DNA of 64,000 nt, taken from the NCBI GenBank assembly GCA_023898465.1, contig CP060223.1, positions 800,001 to 864,000 of the forward strand, written 5' to 3'. Positions 9,478 through 21,264 of the stretch are shown in pieces. The translations under genes and the position numbers were made by a program. Source of the DNA: Candidatus Nomurabacteria bacterium. GTDB taxonomy: Bacteria > Patescibacteriota > Patescibacteriia > HK-STAS-PATE-3. The stretch's first letter is position 1; each line of letters begins with the position of its first letter. Below the pieces are notes generated by a model that did not search any database, was not told where the DNA came from, and saw nothing but the letters and a program-made list of their open reading frames with translations.

Positions 9478-9531
9478 CCCAATCCAAAAAATCCAGCTGA
9501 GCTGGACTAAGGATTGGGTGCTTTTTTTATT
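9478..9531. terminator. bidirectional nested-hairpin terminator (cccaatcc…ccagctgagctgg…ggattggg + T9)
   Basis: 8-bp outer stem with an inner palindrome. T-run on plus side, A-run on minus side. Sits between convergent genes. Confidence 0.55.
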
Positions 9532-10312
9532 TTGCTGGGGTCACTACCAACATGACCTTTTGCCCATGGTCAACATCCCCGCCATTCCAATCGTGAATGG
9601 CATTCATAAGCACACTCTCTTCATAGACGTAGTCAGCTCCGTTGCGCGTACCAGGATCATTGGTAATAAAATGCCCATCCTTTGTGTAGCCCTTCACTAC
9701 TAAGGCATGATAAATCGGACCTGGTGAAGTGAAGTTTGGATTACCTAACTGGCGACCAGCAGCTAATACAATAATTGGATGGCCTTGTGCAATCTCCTGC
9801 TTAATAGCAAGAGCAGTCACCGCATCGCCGGTACTCACCTCTACTTCATAACCCCATAGGTCGCGAATGAAGCGTGCCGTCTCTTCGCCGGTTGTATCCT
9901 GGTAAAAACCATAGTGCTGCTCCTCAAAATCTACAATCGCTAAAATGGAACGATCAGCGTCTTCTTTCGTAAGCGGCTCATCCTCCCAATAACGTTGTAC
10001 CATAAGCGCAGCAGTTTCTTCACAGGCTTCTTGGTATGGTAAATCCCAATTGGCAAAAGGCGCCTGAGATGAAAAAGGCACGTCTAAATTTATCTCGTCC
10101 GGCAAAGTAACGACTGTGTTTGTAATTGCCGTATTGGTAGTTGTGCTATTACTGTTTTCCACGCTCGTATTCACGACTGCATTTTTCGCAGTAGGCTCTG
10201 GTAACTCAGGTGTAGAGATCGAATCCCAAGTATCACGAATCCAGCCGCGCTGCCAATAGCCAAGCCCGAGTAAAAGCACTAACGCGATAATAATGATGAT
10301 TCCCTTTTTCAT
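9527..10312 (-). CDS. peptidase C39-like (YvpB-like) domain protein, N-terminal membrane anchor
   Basis: 261 aa. TM MKKGIIIIIALVLLLGLG. Conserved QEACEETAALMV Cys region and downstream His/Asp pattern of the Peptidase_C39_2 family. Confidence 0.5.
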   Translation of the reverse strand: MKKGIIIIIALVLLLGLGYWQRGWIRDTWDSISTPELPEPTAKNAVVNTSVENSNSTTTNTAITNTVVTLPDEINLDVPFSSQAPFANWDLPYQEACEETAALMVQRYWEDEPLTKEDADRSILAIVDFEEQHYGFYQDTTGEETARFIRDLWGYEVEVSTGDAVTALAIKQEIAQGHPIIVLAAGRQLGNPNFTSPGPIYHALVVKGYTKDGHFITNDPGTRNGADYVYEESVLMNAIHDWNGGDVDHGQKVMLVVTPAK

Positions 10313-10375
10313 AGACGTGCGAGTATAGCAAGACTATTGTAGCACGTCAATGCCCAATGTCTGCTATTAAGGAGA

Positions 10376-11326
10376 CTAGGCGAGCTGCTTACGGAAGAGT
10401 AGCGCCAGTAGTAAAATTCCTAATGCTCCTCCGCCCAGCCACCAAGCCAATGTAAAATCTTTTGACTGTTCTTCTTCTACATTTGTTTCTGTTGCTGGAT
10501 ATACATCGCTTGTCTGTATAGTATTTTCATCATCACTGCTTAATTCAGGCATATCTAAAGCCTGTCTTATTTCTTCCTTCTTCTCTTGGGATTCTTTTAA
10601 GTCTAGCGAAGTATTCTTTGGTCGCTCAAAAGTAAAACTTGGCCCTTCCACAGCTACAATCAATCGCTCGGCAATTCCAGACCCAGCTGTCGCCTTTTCT
10701 TTTCTTATACCAACCTGTCCAGTAACAGCATAATTTCCATAATCAGTATTAAAAGGTTTTACAACAATTTCATTATCATCCCATGAAAGAATAGTGGCGC
10801 AACCCTGATCAGTGCGATTGATGCTACAGGTACCGAAATAGACTATGCCTCCACTCTGAAGTGTACCGAATCCTTGACCTCGAATATGCACTTCATCATC
10901 GTACCAACCCGTATTCGGCTCTAGACTATCAATTCGTACATATCCCGTATCTTTAGTCGTGAAACTTATTTCATCTGACACAACGCCACTATTCACAAAC
11001 CGAACATAATACTTTTGAGAGGGCTGCAACACTCCCTCCAGAGAACTAATGAGATAATAAAATTTATTATCATCAGCTATAGTATAGGTTCCTCCATCTA
11101 TATTCTGCGTATATTGACCGGACTCAACGCCTAACTCAATCCCTAAATCAACCCAATCAGTTGTATCATCTGACTGTACAGAAAAAACCGCGCTTCTATC
11201 TGAAGTATAAACTACACTTGGATCTGATAATGAATGTGTTTCAGCCTGAGCCGAAGAAGCAAAAAACAGCGCTATAGCCAAGCTCACTATAGCGATCTCA
11301 CTGAAGAACATTATGTTCTTTTTCAT
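10376..11326 (-). CDS. cell-surface protein with signal peptide, IPT/TIG-like domain and C-terminal TM anchor
   Basis: Start taken at MKKNIMFF. Signal peptide …ASSAQA. C-terminal LAWWLGGGALGILLLALLFRKQ. Confidence 0.45.
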   Translation of the reverse strand: MKKNIMFFSEIAIVSLAIALFFASSAQAETHSLSDPSVVYTSDRSAVFSVQSDDTTDWVDLGIELGVESGQYTQNIDGGTYTIADDNKFYYLISSLEGVLQPSQKYYVRFVNSGVVSDEISFTTKDTGYVRIDSLEPNTGWYDDEVHIRGQGFGTLQSGGIVYFGTCSINRTDQGCATILSWDDNEIVVKPFNTDYGNYAVTGQVGIRKEKATAGSGIAERLIVAVEGPSFTFERPKNTSLDLKESQEKKEEIRQALDMPELSSDDENTIQTSDVYPATETNVEEEQSKDFTLAWWLGGGALGILLLALLFRKQLA

Positions 11327-11426
11327 TGTATCCTCCGTATATTTATCTGCCTCATAAGTGTAACACAAATAAAAGTCTAGCCTCGAAGCGAGCCTCCACT
11401 CTTTTATCGATGCTCCTGAATTCCTG

Positions 11427-12875
11427 TTACGAACGCGGCGTGTCGCCAACAATAATCACTGGTGTGCCCACTTCGGCAAACTCGTACATCCACTGTGCAG
11501 CATCAGTTGGTAGATTTGAACAACCATGACTCATAGGATGTCCAAAATTATTGTGCCAATATGCGCTGTGAATACCATAGTCGCCGTTGTAGTACATAAC
11601 CCATTCTACGTTTGGGAGATAGTAACCTGGCCCGCTCATAACCTGACGACGCACCTTGGTGTACACCTTATATTCTCCTGGAATAGTTGGTGTTGCCGGA
11701 CGACCGCTGGAAATTAGTGTGTAGTATTGCAATACACCATCCTGAAAAGCAAACATGGTCTGCTTATCTAAGTCAGTGTAAATAAGCTTACCCTCATTGC
11801 GAGGCGCACTTACCTCTAAATACTCTGTTGACTTTGCGATGGTATGAAAGGGAATGGTGATTTCGTTCTCACCCTGACCGATCCACTGTGCATCTAAGAA
11901 AGTAATGAGTCGATCAATATCTACCTCGCGACCATCCTTCCCCTCACTGATTGGCTTTGTCTCAGCCACTGACTCGTATCGTTTTTCTGACACAGGCTCC
12001 TGACGAAGTGTAGCGAGTCGCGTTGCAAAAAACTTCTTTGCTGTCTCTGAGAGAACAGCGAGGTGCCAACCATCCTCATCTTCACTAACTGTTAGCCAAG
12101 GTAATACATCGTCTTCTGTCATTTCAAATTCCTCGTCCTCGCTCACTAAGCGAAGTGGAGCACTGAGGAGATCGGCTGCCTGCTCAGCTAAGGGCTGCAG
12201 TATAGCAGTGTCCTGCATTGCTTCAGCAGCTACAAAGGCAACGGAAATATCTGTCTCATCTAATCGAATCGCCTGCTGTAAAAGTTGTGCCTTTAACAAA
12301 TCCTGGTCAAGCACATTACCTGTCTTACCACCACGGAATTGTAGATCTCCGCCATGGTGTACCAGAGTTGGTTGTAGCGGCGCCTGATCAAGCTGCTCAG
12401 CCAACCAGGATAGATAGGCATCGAGCTCAGGCTCATGAATCACAACGCTGGCAAGTACTTCATTGTCTGATCCAGCGTGCACTGGTGGCACAAACCATTT
12501 TCCTAACAAGCTTGTACGGCCAGTGTGAAAAGCTTGTGCTACTGTCTGCGTAATATCAACACTTAAACCTAAATCGCTAAAGCGAGGCGTCCAAGCTTCT
12601 TCACCATAGCGGATAGTAATAGGCTGCTGAGCGTAGTCACTTACGTATTGCTCAATTGCTGCCTCCGCCTGTGCGACTGCTAAACCGCCCACATCAACCG
12701 GGCCAATATGAATGCCCGGGTAAATTTTTTGTTGTAGGAGTTGCGCATAGCCAAAAGACAGTACCGCTAACACTGCGACCACGGAGAGCGGCGCGCTTAG
12801 CCATAGAAAAATGCGCGACTGGTGCCAGCGCGAAGTCTGCTCTCGAGATGGAGAATAGCGTACCCCCTTGTGCAT
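11427..12875 (-). CDS. L,D-transpeptidase (YkuD catalytic domain) with N-terminal TM and large extracellular region
   Basis: C-terminal catalytic motif GIHSAYWHNNFGHPMSHGCSNLP. The track ORF starts at a TTG at 12947, but a TTGACT-17-TATACT promoter lies at 12919-12947, so the likely start is the internal MHKG about 12875. Confidence 0.75.
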   Translation of the reverse strand: MHKGVRYSPSREQTSRWHQSRIFLWLSAPLSVVAVLAVLSFGYAQLLQQKIYPGIHIGPVDVGGLAVAQAEAAIEQYVSDYAQQPITIRYGEEAWTPRFSDLGLSVDITQTVAQAFHTGRTSLLGKWFVPPVHAGSDNEVLASVVIHEPELDAYLSWLAEQLDQAPLQPTLVHHGGDLQFRGGKTGNVLDQDLLKAQLLQQAIRLDETDISVAFVAAEAMQDTAILQPLAEQAADLLSAPLRLVSEDEEFEMTEDDVLPWLTVSEDEDGWHLAVLSETAKKFFATRLATLRQEPVSEKRYESVAETKPISEGKDGREVDIDRLITFLDAQWIGQGENEITIPFHTIAKSTEYLEVSAPRNEGKLIYTDLDKQTMFAFQDGVLQYYTLISSGRPATPTIPGEYKVYTKVRRQVMSGPGYYLPNVEWVMYYNGDYGIHSAYWHNNFGHPMSHGCSNLPTDAAQWMYEFAEVGTPVIIVGDTPRS

Positions 12876-12918
12876 TTGTAATGTGAAATTTGTGTTGTTT
12901 TTTGACTTTTCATATATG

Positions 12919-12947
12919 AGTATAGCAAAAAAATCGTCGAAAGTCAA
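12919..12947 (-). promoter_or_regulatory. sigma70-like promoter TTGACT-17-TATACT (minus strand) for the L,D-transpeptidase gene
   Basis: Forward agtcaa 12942-12947 and agtata 12919-12924. Spacer 17 nt. Confidence 0.45.
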
Positions 12948-12956
12948 TATTATCTA

Positions 12957-13090
12957 CCCGCCCTCTCACCCGTCATTGCGAATCCCGATGCATATCGGGA
13001 TGAAGCAATCTCGTTACTCAAACTCACGGGATTGCTTCGTCGTTCGCTGGACTCTCTCCTCGCAATGACGGGAGGAAGCGAGAGGGCGGT
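12957..13090. other. 133-nt complex palindromic element (23-bp interrupted outer stem enclosing two hairpins) between truB and the L,D-transpeptidase promoter
   Basis: ccgccctctc(a)cccgtcattgcga pairs with tcgcaatgacggga(ggaagc)gagagggcgg. Inner hairpins atcccgat-gcat-atcgggat and gaagcaatc…gattgcttc. Confidence 0.4.
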
Positions 13091-13136
13091 TAATAAAAAT
13101 CACGACAAGGCAGAGACGCCTTATCTGTGTGTCTAC

Positions 13137-13820
13137 TTATGCAAAGAAAGTAATAGGCCGAAGATGTTGTGTGAAGTCTGCGCCCTGAAGATCTGACAAG
13201 GTGCTGGCGTCTCGTACATTCCATTTGCCAATTGCCGTACGTCGCAATGCACGTAAGTACGCGCCGCATCCCAAAGCCTCACCAATGTCACGCGCTAAGG
13301 TGCGGATATAGGTACCTGACGAGCACTCTACTTCAAGCTTCAGCTCTGGCCATGCATATGTACGGATACGTATGGCATAAATTTCTACTTCCCGCTCAGG
13401 TAGCTCTACTTCCTCGCCGCGCCGCAAGCGACGATAGGCTGGTACGCCACGGATCTTAATAGCCGAAAGCGCTGGAGGAATCTGTCGAATCGGTCCTTGA
13501 AACTTTTTTACCGCTGGCAGGATATCCTTCTTCCGTAATGGATGCAGATCCTCTGTTTCGGTAATCACTCCATCACAATCATCAGTATCACTTCGAGCAC
13601 CTAAGCGCAGGGTGGCCTCGTAGGTCTTAGTCGTATCTAGGGTAAGTCCACCCAAATGCTTTGTCGCGGCACGTCCCACTCCGACTATAAGCAAGCCAGT
13701 AGCAAAGGGGTCAAGCGTGCCAGCATGCCCCACCCGTTGCACTCCACTGGATCGTCGCACCCGGTTCACCACATCGTGCGAAGTCATACCTGCAGCTTTA
13801 TCGATAAGGAGAAATCCTTC
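13137..13820 (-). CDS. truB: tRNA pseudouridine(55) synthase TruB
   Basis: Motifs GHAGTLDPFATGLL and downstream TruB core. Start taken at MEGFLLIDK. Confidence 0.85.
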   Translation of the reverse strand, partial: EGFLLIDKAAGMTSHDVVNRVRRSSGVQRVGHAGTLDPFATGLLIVGVGRAATKHLGGLTLDTTKTYEATLRLGARSDTDDCDGVITETEDLHPLRKKDILPAVKKFQGPIRQIPPALSAIKIRGVPAYRRLRRGEEVELPEREVEIYAIRIRTYAWPELKLEVECSSGTYIRTLARDIGEALGCGAYLRALRRTAIGKWNVRDASTLSDLQGADFTQHLRPITFFA

Positions 13821-13891
13821 CATACCCATAAGTGTACAGGGGGCACGTAACAAGTGACAACAAGGCATATTTGCTACTTTCCTGTTAGCCC

Positions 13892-13920
13892 TTGACCGCG
13901 CTTGACATCAGGTGTATACT
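13892..13920 (+). promoter_or_regulatory. promoter TTGACC-17-TATACT upstream of uvrA
   Basis: TTGACC 13892-13897, TATACT 13915-13920. No SD before the uvrA ATG. Confidence 0.4.
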
Positions 13921-13947
13921 GCTTGCGAGTTTTTGCCCGTACAAATT

Positions 13948-16839
13948 ATGGAAGATTCAATCCGAGTCAGGGGAGCCCGAGTACACAACCTGAAGAATCT
14001 CAGCGTTGAGATCAAACGTAATCAGCTTGTCGTGATTACCGGTCTTTCTGGTTCCGGCAAATCCTCGCTCGCTTTTGATACACTCTATGCCGAAGGTCAG
14101 CGTCGCTATGTTGAGTCTCTCTCAGCCTACGCTCGACAATTCCTCGGCCTGATGGATAAGCCGGATGTTGATAGCATCGATGGACTATCGCCGGCAATCG
14201 CCATTGACCAAAAATCAACCTCGCATAATCCCCGTTCAACTGTTGGTACAGTCACGGAAATTTATGACTACCTGCGTCTGCTCTATGCACGCATCGGACT
14301 TCCGCACTGTCCAAATTGTGGCAAGCCAATTACCAAGCAAACGATCGATCAAATTGTGAAGCAGGTACTAGCGCTACCAAAGAATACCAAAGTTGCAATT
14401 CTGGCACCGGTCATTCGCGATCAAAAAGGTGAGCACAAAAATGTACTAGCAGAAGCCCGGAAGGCTGGCTATGCCCGCGTCCGCTTCGATGGCACGCTCT
14501 ACTCAATTGAAGAGGCCGAAGACCTAGAAGTAGATAAAAAGAAGAAACACTCGGTTGAAATCACCGTTGATCGTTTGGTCATGGGTGTTGATGATCAGGA
14601 AAAAGGAAAAGCGGAAAAAACTCGCTTATATGATTCACTAGAAACCGCCCTCGACCTTGGTAACGGCATTGTCGTTATCCACGATATGGATAAAGCAGAG
14701 GATCGTCTTTTCAGCGAGCACTTTGCCTGCGCTGATTGTGGCATCAACTTGCCGGAAATTGAACCACGTAACTTCTCTTTTAACTCTCCGCACGGCGCTT
14801 GCCCTGACTGTACCGGACTCGGCACCAAGCTGGAAATTGACCCAGGCCTCGTCATCCCAAACAACCGACTCACCTTAGCGGAGGGAGCAATTCGACCCTG
14901 GTCACGCACCTCAGCCAACCAAACGTGGTACTTCCGAATCTTAGAGGCTGTAGCCAAGGCAAATAATTTCGACACAAATACACCGATTAAGGATTTACCA
15001 AAGAAAGCACTGGATATTGTCCTGTATGGCACGGGCGATAAAATGTTTGACGTCAACAATGCGAACGCTTCAGGCAAAGTTCGAGAATTTATGACCACTT
15101 TTGAAGGAGTGATTCCGAATCTCATGCGTCGCTATAAGGAAACCGAGTCAGAATATATCCGCAGTGAAATTGAACGCTATATGCGCGTTTTTCCTTGTCC
15201 TACCTGTCAGGGCAAGCGCCTCCGACCAGAAGTGCTAGGTATCACCGTGGCGGAAAAAAGCATTGCCGAGATAGTGCAAATGACTATTGAGCAATCAAAA
15301 GAATTTTTCACTGGTATCACAAATAACTCTGGTAAAAAGAAGACCGAGCTCAGCTTAAGCGAACGTGATAAAAAAATTGCCAGCCAGATTCTCAAAGAAA
15401 TTGTGGCACGACTCACCTTCCTCTCTGATGTCGGACTCGACTACCTCACGCTTGATCGCGCCGCCTCTACCCTAGCTGGTGGAGAAGCACAGCGCATCCG
15501 TTTGGCTACCCAAATTGGCTCATCCCTGGTTGGCGTTATTTACATTTTGGATGAACCATCCATTGGTCTGCATCAACGTGATAACGATAAGCTCATTGCC
15601 ACCCTCCAGCGACTCCGTGATCTTGGTAACACTGTTATCGTGGTTGAGCACGATGAAAATACCATCCGCGCGGCTGACGATGTGATTGACATTGGCCCAG
15701 GGGCTGGTGAGCACGGTGGTGCCGTAGTCGCGCAGGGAACAGCCAAGGAAATTGAAAAGGTGAAAGATTCCTTAACCGGACAATACCTCTCTGGCAAAAA
15801 GGCTATCCATATCCCTAAGGAATTTCGTAAAGGAAATGGCAAATCAATTGGTGTAAAAGGTGCCCAGGCTTTTAACTTGAAAAATGTTGACGTCACTATT
15901 CCTTTAGGCAAGTTCGTTTGCATTACTGGCGTGTCTGGATCAGGTAAGTCAACTTTAATGACTGACATCTTGGCCCGCGCGCTCAACCAGCACTTCTACA
16001 AGTCAAAAGATATTCCTGAGAAGCACGACAGCATTGAGGGCTTGGAAAATCTTGATAAAGTCATCACGATTGACCAATCACCGATCGGACGCACCCCTCG
16101 TTCAAATCCGGCAACCTACACCGGCGTCTTTACCTACATTCGCGACCTCTTTGCCCAAGTGCCGGAGGCGAAGATCCGCGGCTACAGCCCTGGTCGCTTC
16201 AGCTTCAACGTAAAAGGTGGGCGCTGTGAAGCCTGTGAGGGCGACGGGCTGACCAAGATCGAAATGCACTTCTTGCCTGACGTCTATGTTGAGTGTGAAG
16301 AATGTAAAGGAAAGCGCTACAACCCGCAGGCGCTGGAAATTCACTACAAAGGCAAAACTATTTCTGATGTGCTAGAAATGACTGTCGAAGAAGCTATGCG
16401 TTTCTTTGCCCACATTCCAGCAATCCATCAGAAGTTAAAAACCCTGCACGATGTCGGTCTGGGCTATGTCCACCTCGGCCAGTCAGCAACTACGCTATCA
16501 GGCGGTGAAGCACAACGTGTGAAACTTGCCACAGAATTATCTCGCCGCGCTACGGGTAAGACACTTTATATTCTCGATGAGCCAACTACTGGCCTCCACT
16601 TCCACGATGTACAATCACTGCTCAACGTTATTAATCAGTTGGTGGATAAGGGAAACAGCGTCCTCGTGATTGAGCATAACCTGGACATGATTAAGTCAGC
16701 TGACTGGATTGTTGATATGGGCCCAGAGGGTGGTGAAAAAGGTGGCACAGTAGTCGCTGAGGGTACTCCACGCGATGTGGCAACGGTAAAAGCCAGTTAC
16801 ACCGGCCAATACCTCAAGGACATGCTGAAGGACGCATAA
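13948..16839 (+). CDS. uvrA: excinuclease ABC subunit A (UvrA)
   Basis: Two ABC ATPase modules ([18 protein letters not shown]; LSGGE signatures) and zinc-finger Cys pairs. Start taken at MEDSIRV. Confidence 0.95.
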   Translation: MEDSIRVRGARVHNLKNLSVEIKRNQLVVITGLSGSGKSSLAFDTLYAEGQRRYVESLSAYARQFLGLMDKPDVDSIDGLSPAIAIDQKSTSHNPRSTVGTVTEIYDYLRLLYARIGLPHCPNCGKPITKQTIDQIVKQVLALPKNTKVAILAPVIRDQKGEHKNVLAEARKAGYARVRFDGTLYSIEEAEDLEVDKKKKHSVEITVDRLVMGVDDQEKGKAEKTRLYDSLETALDLGNGIVVIHDMDKAEDRLFSEHFACADCGINLPEIEPRNFSFNSPHGACPDCTGLGTKLEIDPGLVIPNNRLTLAEGAIRPWSRTSANQTWYFRILEAVAKANNFDTNTPIKDLPKKALDIVLYGTGDKMFDVNNANASGKVREFMTTFEGVIPNLMRRYKETESEYIRSEIERYMRVFPCPTCQGKRLRPEVLGITVAEKSIAEIVQMTIEQSKEFFTGITNNSGKKKTELSLSERDKKIASQILKEIVARLTFLSDVGLDYLTLDRAASTLAGGEAQRIRLATQIGSSLVGVIYILDEPSIGLHQRDNDKLIATLQRLRDLGNTVIVVEHDENTIRAADDVIDIGPGAGEHGGAVVAQGTAKEIEKVKDSLTGQYLSGKKAIHIPKEFRKGNGKSIGVKGAQAFNLKNVDVTIPLGKFVCITGVSGSGKSTLMTDILARALNQHFYKSKDIPEKHDSIEGLENLDKVITIDQSPIGRTPRSNPATYTGVFTYIRDLFAQVPEAKIRGYSPGRFSFNVKGGRCEACEGDGLTKIEMHFLPDVYVECEECKGKRYNPQALEIHYKGKTISDVLEMTVEEAMRFFAHIPAIHQKLKTLHDVGLGYVHLGQSATTLSGGEAQRVKLATELSRRATGKTLYILDEPTTGLHFHDVQSLLNVINQLVDKGNSVLVIEHNLDMIKSADWIVDMGPEGGEKGGTVVAEGTPRDVATVKASYTGQYLKDMLKDA

Positions 16840-16864
16840 GAATCCCAGTGGTATACTGGGACTA

Positions 16865-17563
16865 ATGTCCAAGCCACTAATCATTGCCCACCGTGGCGCC
16901 TCAGGCTACGAACCAGAAAATACCCTTCGAGCTTTTCAAAGGGCATTTGCGCTACACGCAGACGGAATCGAGCTTGACGTCCATTGTTGCGGATCTGGGG
17001 AGCTTGTAGTAATCCATGACGCCACACTACAAAGGACTACTGATGGGCACGGCCGGATTGCCAATTGCACGCTCTCAGAGCTGCAAAAACTGGACGCCGG
17101 GGCTAAAGAAAAAATCCCAACTCTCGACAGCGTCTTAAAACACACACCGAGAGGTAGCTTTGTGAATATAGAATTAAAAGGGAAAGGAAGCGGTCGAGCG
17201 CTCGCTCAATTTCTTTTTAAAAAAACAATGCGATCTAAGCTCCTTATTTCTTCTTTTCATTTTTCTGAGCTGAACGACCTACGAGAGCAGGACCCAAAAA
17301 CACCTCTGGGCTTACTATCACTTTCTCCTCTTGGCATTTGGGAAAAAGCAAAGCAGCTCTCGGTAAGCTCAATTAATATCTACCATAGAAATTTAACGCA
17401 TAAAACAGTAGGTCGTGCTCATTCATATGGCTACAAGGTATTTGCCTGGACTGTAAATACACCTCGCGATATTAGAAGGATGCTGCAGCTAAAAGTAGAC
17501 GGGATAATCACAAACTATCCTGATCGCATACAAGAAATAGAAAAACCGCCCGCCTCATCCTGA
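16865..17563 (+). CDS. glycerophosphodiester phosphodiesterase (GDPD family)
   Basis: N-terminal IIAHRGASGYEPENTLRAF motif and E/D metal ligands. TATACT 7 nt upstream of the ATG (leaderless-like). Confidence 0.8.
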   Translation: MSKPLIIAHRGASGYEPENTLRAFQRAFALHADGIELDVHCCGSGELVVIHDATLQRTTDGHGRIANCTLSELQKLDAGAKEKIPTLDSVLKHTPRGSFVNIELKGKGSGRALAQFLFKKTMRSKLLISSFHFSELNDLREQDPKTPLGLLSLSPLGIWEKAKQLSVSSINIYHRNLTHKTVGRAHSYGYKVFAWTVNTPRDIRRMLQLKVDGIITNYPDRIQEIEKPPASS

Positions 17564-17593
17564 TACAAGTTCAGGACAAGACGAGCGGTGATA

Positions 17594-17803
17594 TCAGCGA
17601 CGCGAGATGCGCACGTCGACCTGCTCGATGAGCACACCAATGCAGAAGAGAGCAAACAAGCCGACACAAAGCACGAGAAGGGCGTCGCATCCAGGCTCAG
17701 GTCCACCCATCTCCACCGAGGAGACGTAGACCTGATGGGCCGAGTACACGACGTACCCAAGACCCAGGAGAAGAAAGGTGCGGTACAGAATCTTCTTGAT
17801 CAT
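17594..17803 (-). CDS. hypothetical small 2-TM membrane protein (GC-rich island)
   Basis: 69 aa. SD GGGAGG. About 60% GC. Confidence 0.4.
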   Translation of the reverse strand: MIKKILYRTFLLLGLGYVVYSAHQVYVSSVEMGGPEPGCDALLVLCVGLFALFCIGVLIEQVDVRISRR

Positions 17804-17812
17804 CTCACCTCC

Positions 17813-18190
17813 CTAAGGTGTAGCGGTTCGACGTCGTTGTAGCCACAGGATGGGCTGCATCCACAGCCAGCCGAAGAGGAACCAGCCAACAGCCAACCAG
17901 AAGATGAAGACAGCTGGAGGCCAGAAGTATGGAGCGAATGCGTACGTTAGCATCACGTCATTTGCTGCAGATGGGAATGCTTCCTCACCTACAGCATAGC
18001 GCTCAGCCGCCTCGTCTCCGTAGCGGTCGCGAACCTTGTCCATGACCTCAGCGGAAAACTGCGACGCAGTGAGGCTCGCTGCCTCCTGCACACACTCATG
18101 ATGCACGCGGTACGCATACATCGCGGACGGGATCGCCACCAGAATCGCGGCAATCACGTACCAAACACGCAAAGCAGTCCACTTTCGCAT
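17813..18190 (-). CDS. hypothetical membrane protein (GC-rich island), immediately downstream of 16S rRNA on the same strand
   Basis: About 125 aa from the internal ATG preceded by SD GGGAGG. The track start is TTG. Trp-rich C-terminal TM (WLAVGWFLFGWLWM). Confidence 0.4.
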   Translation of the reverse strand: MRKWTALRVWYVIAAILVAIPSAMYAYRVHHECVQEAASLTASQFSAEVMDKVRDRYGDEAAERYAVGEEAFPSAANDVMLTYAFAPYFWPPAVFIFWLAVGWFLFGWLWMQPILWLQRRRTATP

Positions 18191-18557
18191 CTCGTCCTCC
18201 CATATTGCCAAGGTACAAAACTAACGTAAGAAGGTATCACTTTACGCGACTTTTGTCAATGCAAACACAGCCCGGGAGACATACTCCAAGGCTGTGTTAC
18301 CTGCTAACAGCTCAAACGTGATCAGTACAACGAATCGACTAACTACTTCGTCATAAATGTCCTCTTCTTTGAAGAAGGACGACGAAGGGTAGTTTACTAC
18401 CATCTGATGCTGAGCAACTGCCTATCACTCGGACAATCAATTGATTTGCCCGAATGGGCAGTCGGACAGACATCACGACCTACTAGGTCTCACATACTGC
18501 ACGATAGTGCAAATATATGTAGAGCCATCGTACCTTACGGCACGAAGATTCTCCCTA

Positions 18558-20042
<1,485 letters not shown>

Positions 20043-20341
20043 AAGATTTTTTATTACCGCATCCGAAGATGAGGCACCAGAAAGATCTTCAAAACTGGTA
20101 TGGAATCATTATTGGGATTCATGTGTACCGATCACGCTCGAACTGTCAACGATCTGAACTATTTTTTCTTATCTTTATGGGGCGTCCGAGCGTGAGCGGC
20201 GCATCCCCATCAGAGTGAAGAAAAAACAGTGGAATCCGATTCGAAAATCAGACGCTACTGTTTTTCCTTACACCGTCCTGCTAGTTGTTAGGGCAGAGGG
20301 TATGTGAAGGCTTGTTTCCAGCTAATCGTAAGAGCATGCAC

Positions 20342-20370
20342 ATTGTAATGGTACTCTGAAAACTTGTCAA
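20342..20370 (-). promoter_or_regulatory. candidate 16S rRNA promoter TTGACA-17-TACAAT (minus strand), about 300 nt upstream of the mature 5' end
   Basis: Forward tgtcaa 20365-20370 and attgta 20342-20347. Spacer 17. Confidence 0.4.
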
Positions 20371-20473
20371 GGAGGAAGGCAGATAGTCAAACTTGCTAAA
20401 AAGCCATAAAAAGCTTAGGTTTTAGATAGATCATTTGTAACTACCAATCATCATGAGAGAACGAGGGGGAGAC

Positions 20474-21211
20474 ATGTCCCGAGAAGTAGCCCGTACAGAG
20501 TCGAAAGAATACCCACCAGATCGCAATGGCAACATCATCCGAGAGGAGGTCAGCGAGCTGGCTGGCGGTGCCGTGCATCGTGAAGGCGGCATTGAAGAGG
20601 GTCCAGAAGCTGGACGCCGATGGAGCAAGTGGGATGAGAAGGAAGCGCGTCCGATCCCGGATGCACCAGCTGAGCTTCCGCTCTGGTATACCAGCGACCC
20701 GACGCAAATCAATGAGCTGCGGGCTCGGCGCTACGGCTTCATCACAGAAGCGTCGGAAAACGGTGGAGGTCCGTTAGCCGGCGACGCCTGGCTGCATGCC
20801 GAAGCTGACGTTGAAGTACTGCCAGTAGACCCTTTCTCGGCTGAGGCTCTCGAGCGAATGAGGGAGCTGAGCGCTGAGAAGCCTACACTCGTGATACAGG
20901 ATGCCGACTTCGCAACTACCTACCGTCGGCATGAGCATGAGGGTCAAATCCGAATCGAGATCACTCGAGTTCATGACAACGGCACCAAGTTCACACGCGG
21001 CGAACACATAACTGGAGACCGCAAAGGTTCCGGCTGGATCACGCGTGAAGCCCCAGTCGACACACAGATTGTCGACGGCCTCGAACTTCAAACCGATGAC
21101 GGCAGTCGAATCAATAGCCTCCAGGTCAAGAAATCGACTTTCAACTTCGGTACAGGGTCGCAGAACCGTCTCTACGTGGAATTCGTTGGGCGTCGGGAAA
21201 GCGAAAGCTAG
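20474..21211 (+). CDS. hypothetical protein (GC-rich island)
   Basis: 245 aa from the ATG preceded by SD GAGGGGGAG. About 60% GC. Confidence 0.45.
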   Translation: MSREVARTESKEYPPDRNGNIIREEVSELAGGAVHREGGIEEGPEAGRRWSKWDEKEARPIPDAPAELPLWYTSDPTQINELRARRYGFITEASENGGGPLAGDAWLHAEADVEVLPVDPFSAEALERMRELSAEKPTLVIQDADFATTYRRHEHEGQIRIEITRVHDNGTKFTRGEHITGDRKGSGWITREAPVDTQIVDGLELQTDDGSRINSLQVKKSTFNFGTGSQNRLYVEFVGRRESES

Positions 21212-21233
21212 CCCACGCACCTACGCATGAACA

Positions 21234-21264
21234 AAAGCCCTTGCATCACTGCTGGGGCTTTTCA
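21234..21264. terminator. bidirectional hairpin terminator (aaagccc…gggcttt)
   Basis: 7-bp stem with A-run on the left and T-run on the right. Between convergent genes. Confidence 0.5.

Noticed and set aside
9115-10347. Repeated 13-mer attgtagcacgt at 9115 and 10335, considered as a mobile repeat
   Set aside because: Its reverse complement is the extended -10 (TGcTACAAT) of two minus-strand promoters. It is a regulatory motif, not a transposable repeat.
12875-13948. N-terminal extensions in the ORF track beginning at TTG/GTG or upstream ATG (L,D-transpeptidase 12947, truB 13868, uvrA 13912, GT4 43101, Wzy 41663, amidase 30533, zur 59667, pilin-like 60197)
   Set aside because: Promoter elements or upstream gene ends fall inside these extensions. 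Internal ATGs with better context were chosen instead.
14036-16344. Multiple 60-180 aa ORFs on both strands inside uvrA (for example 14595-15125(-), 15573-15986(-))
   Set aside because: Antisense or out-of-frame within a well-supported 943-aa UvrA. No SD and no independent support.
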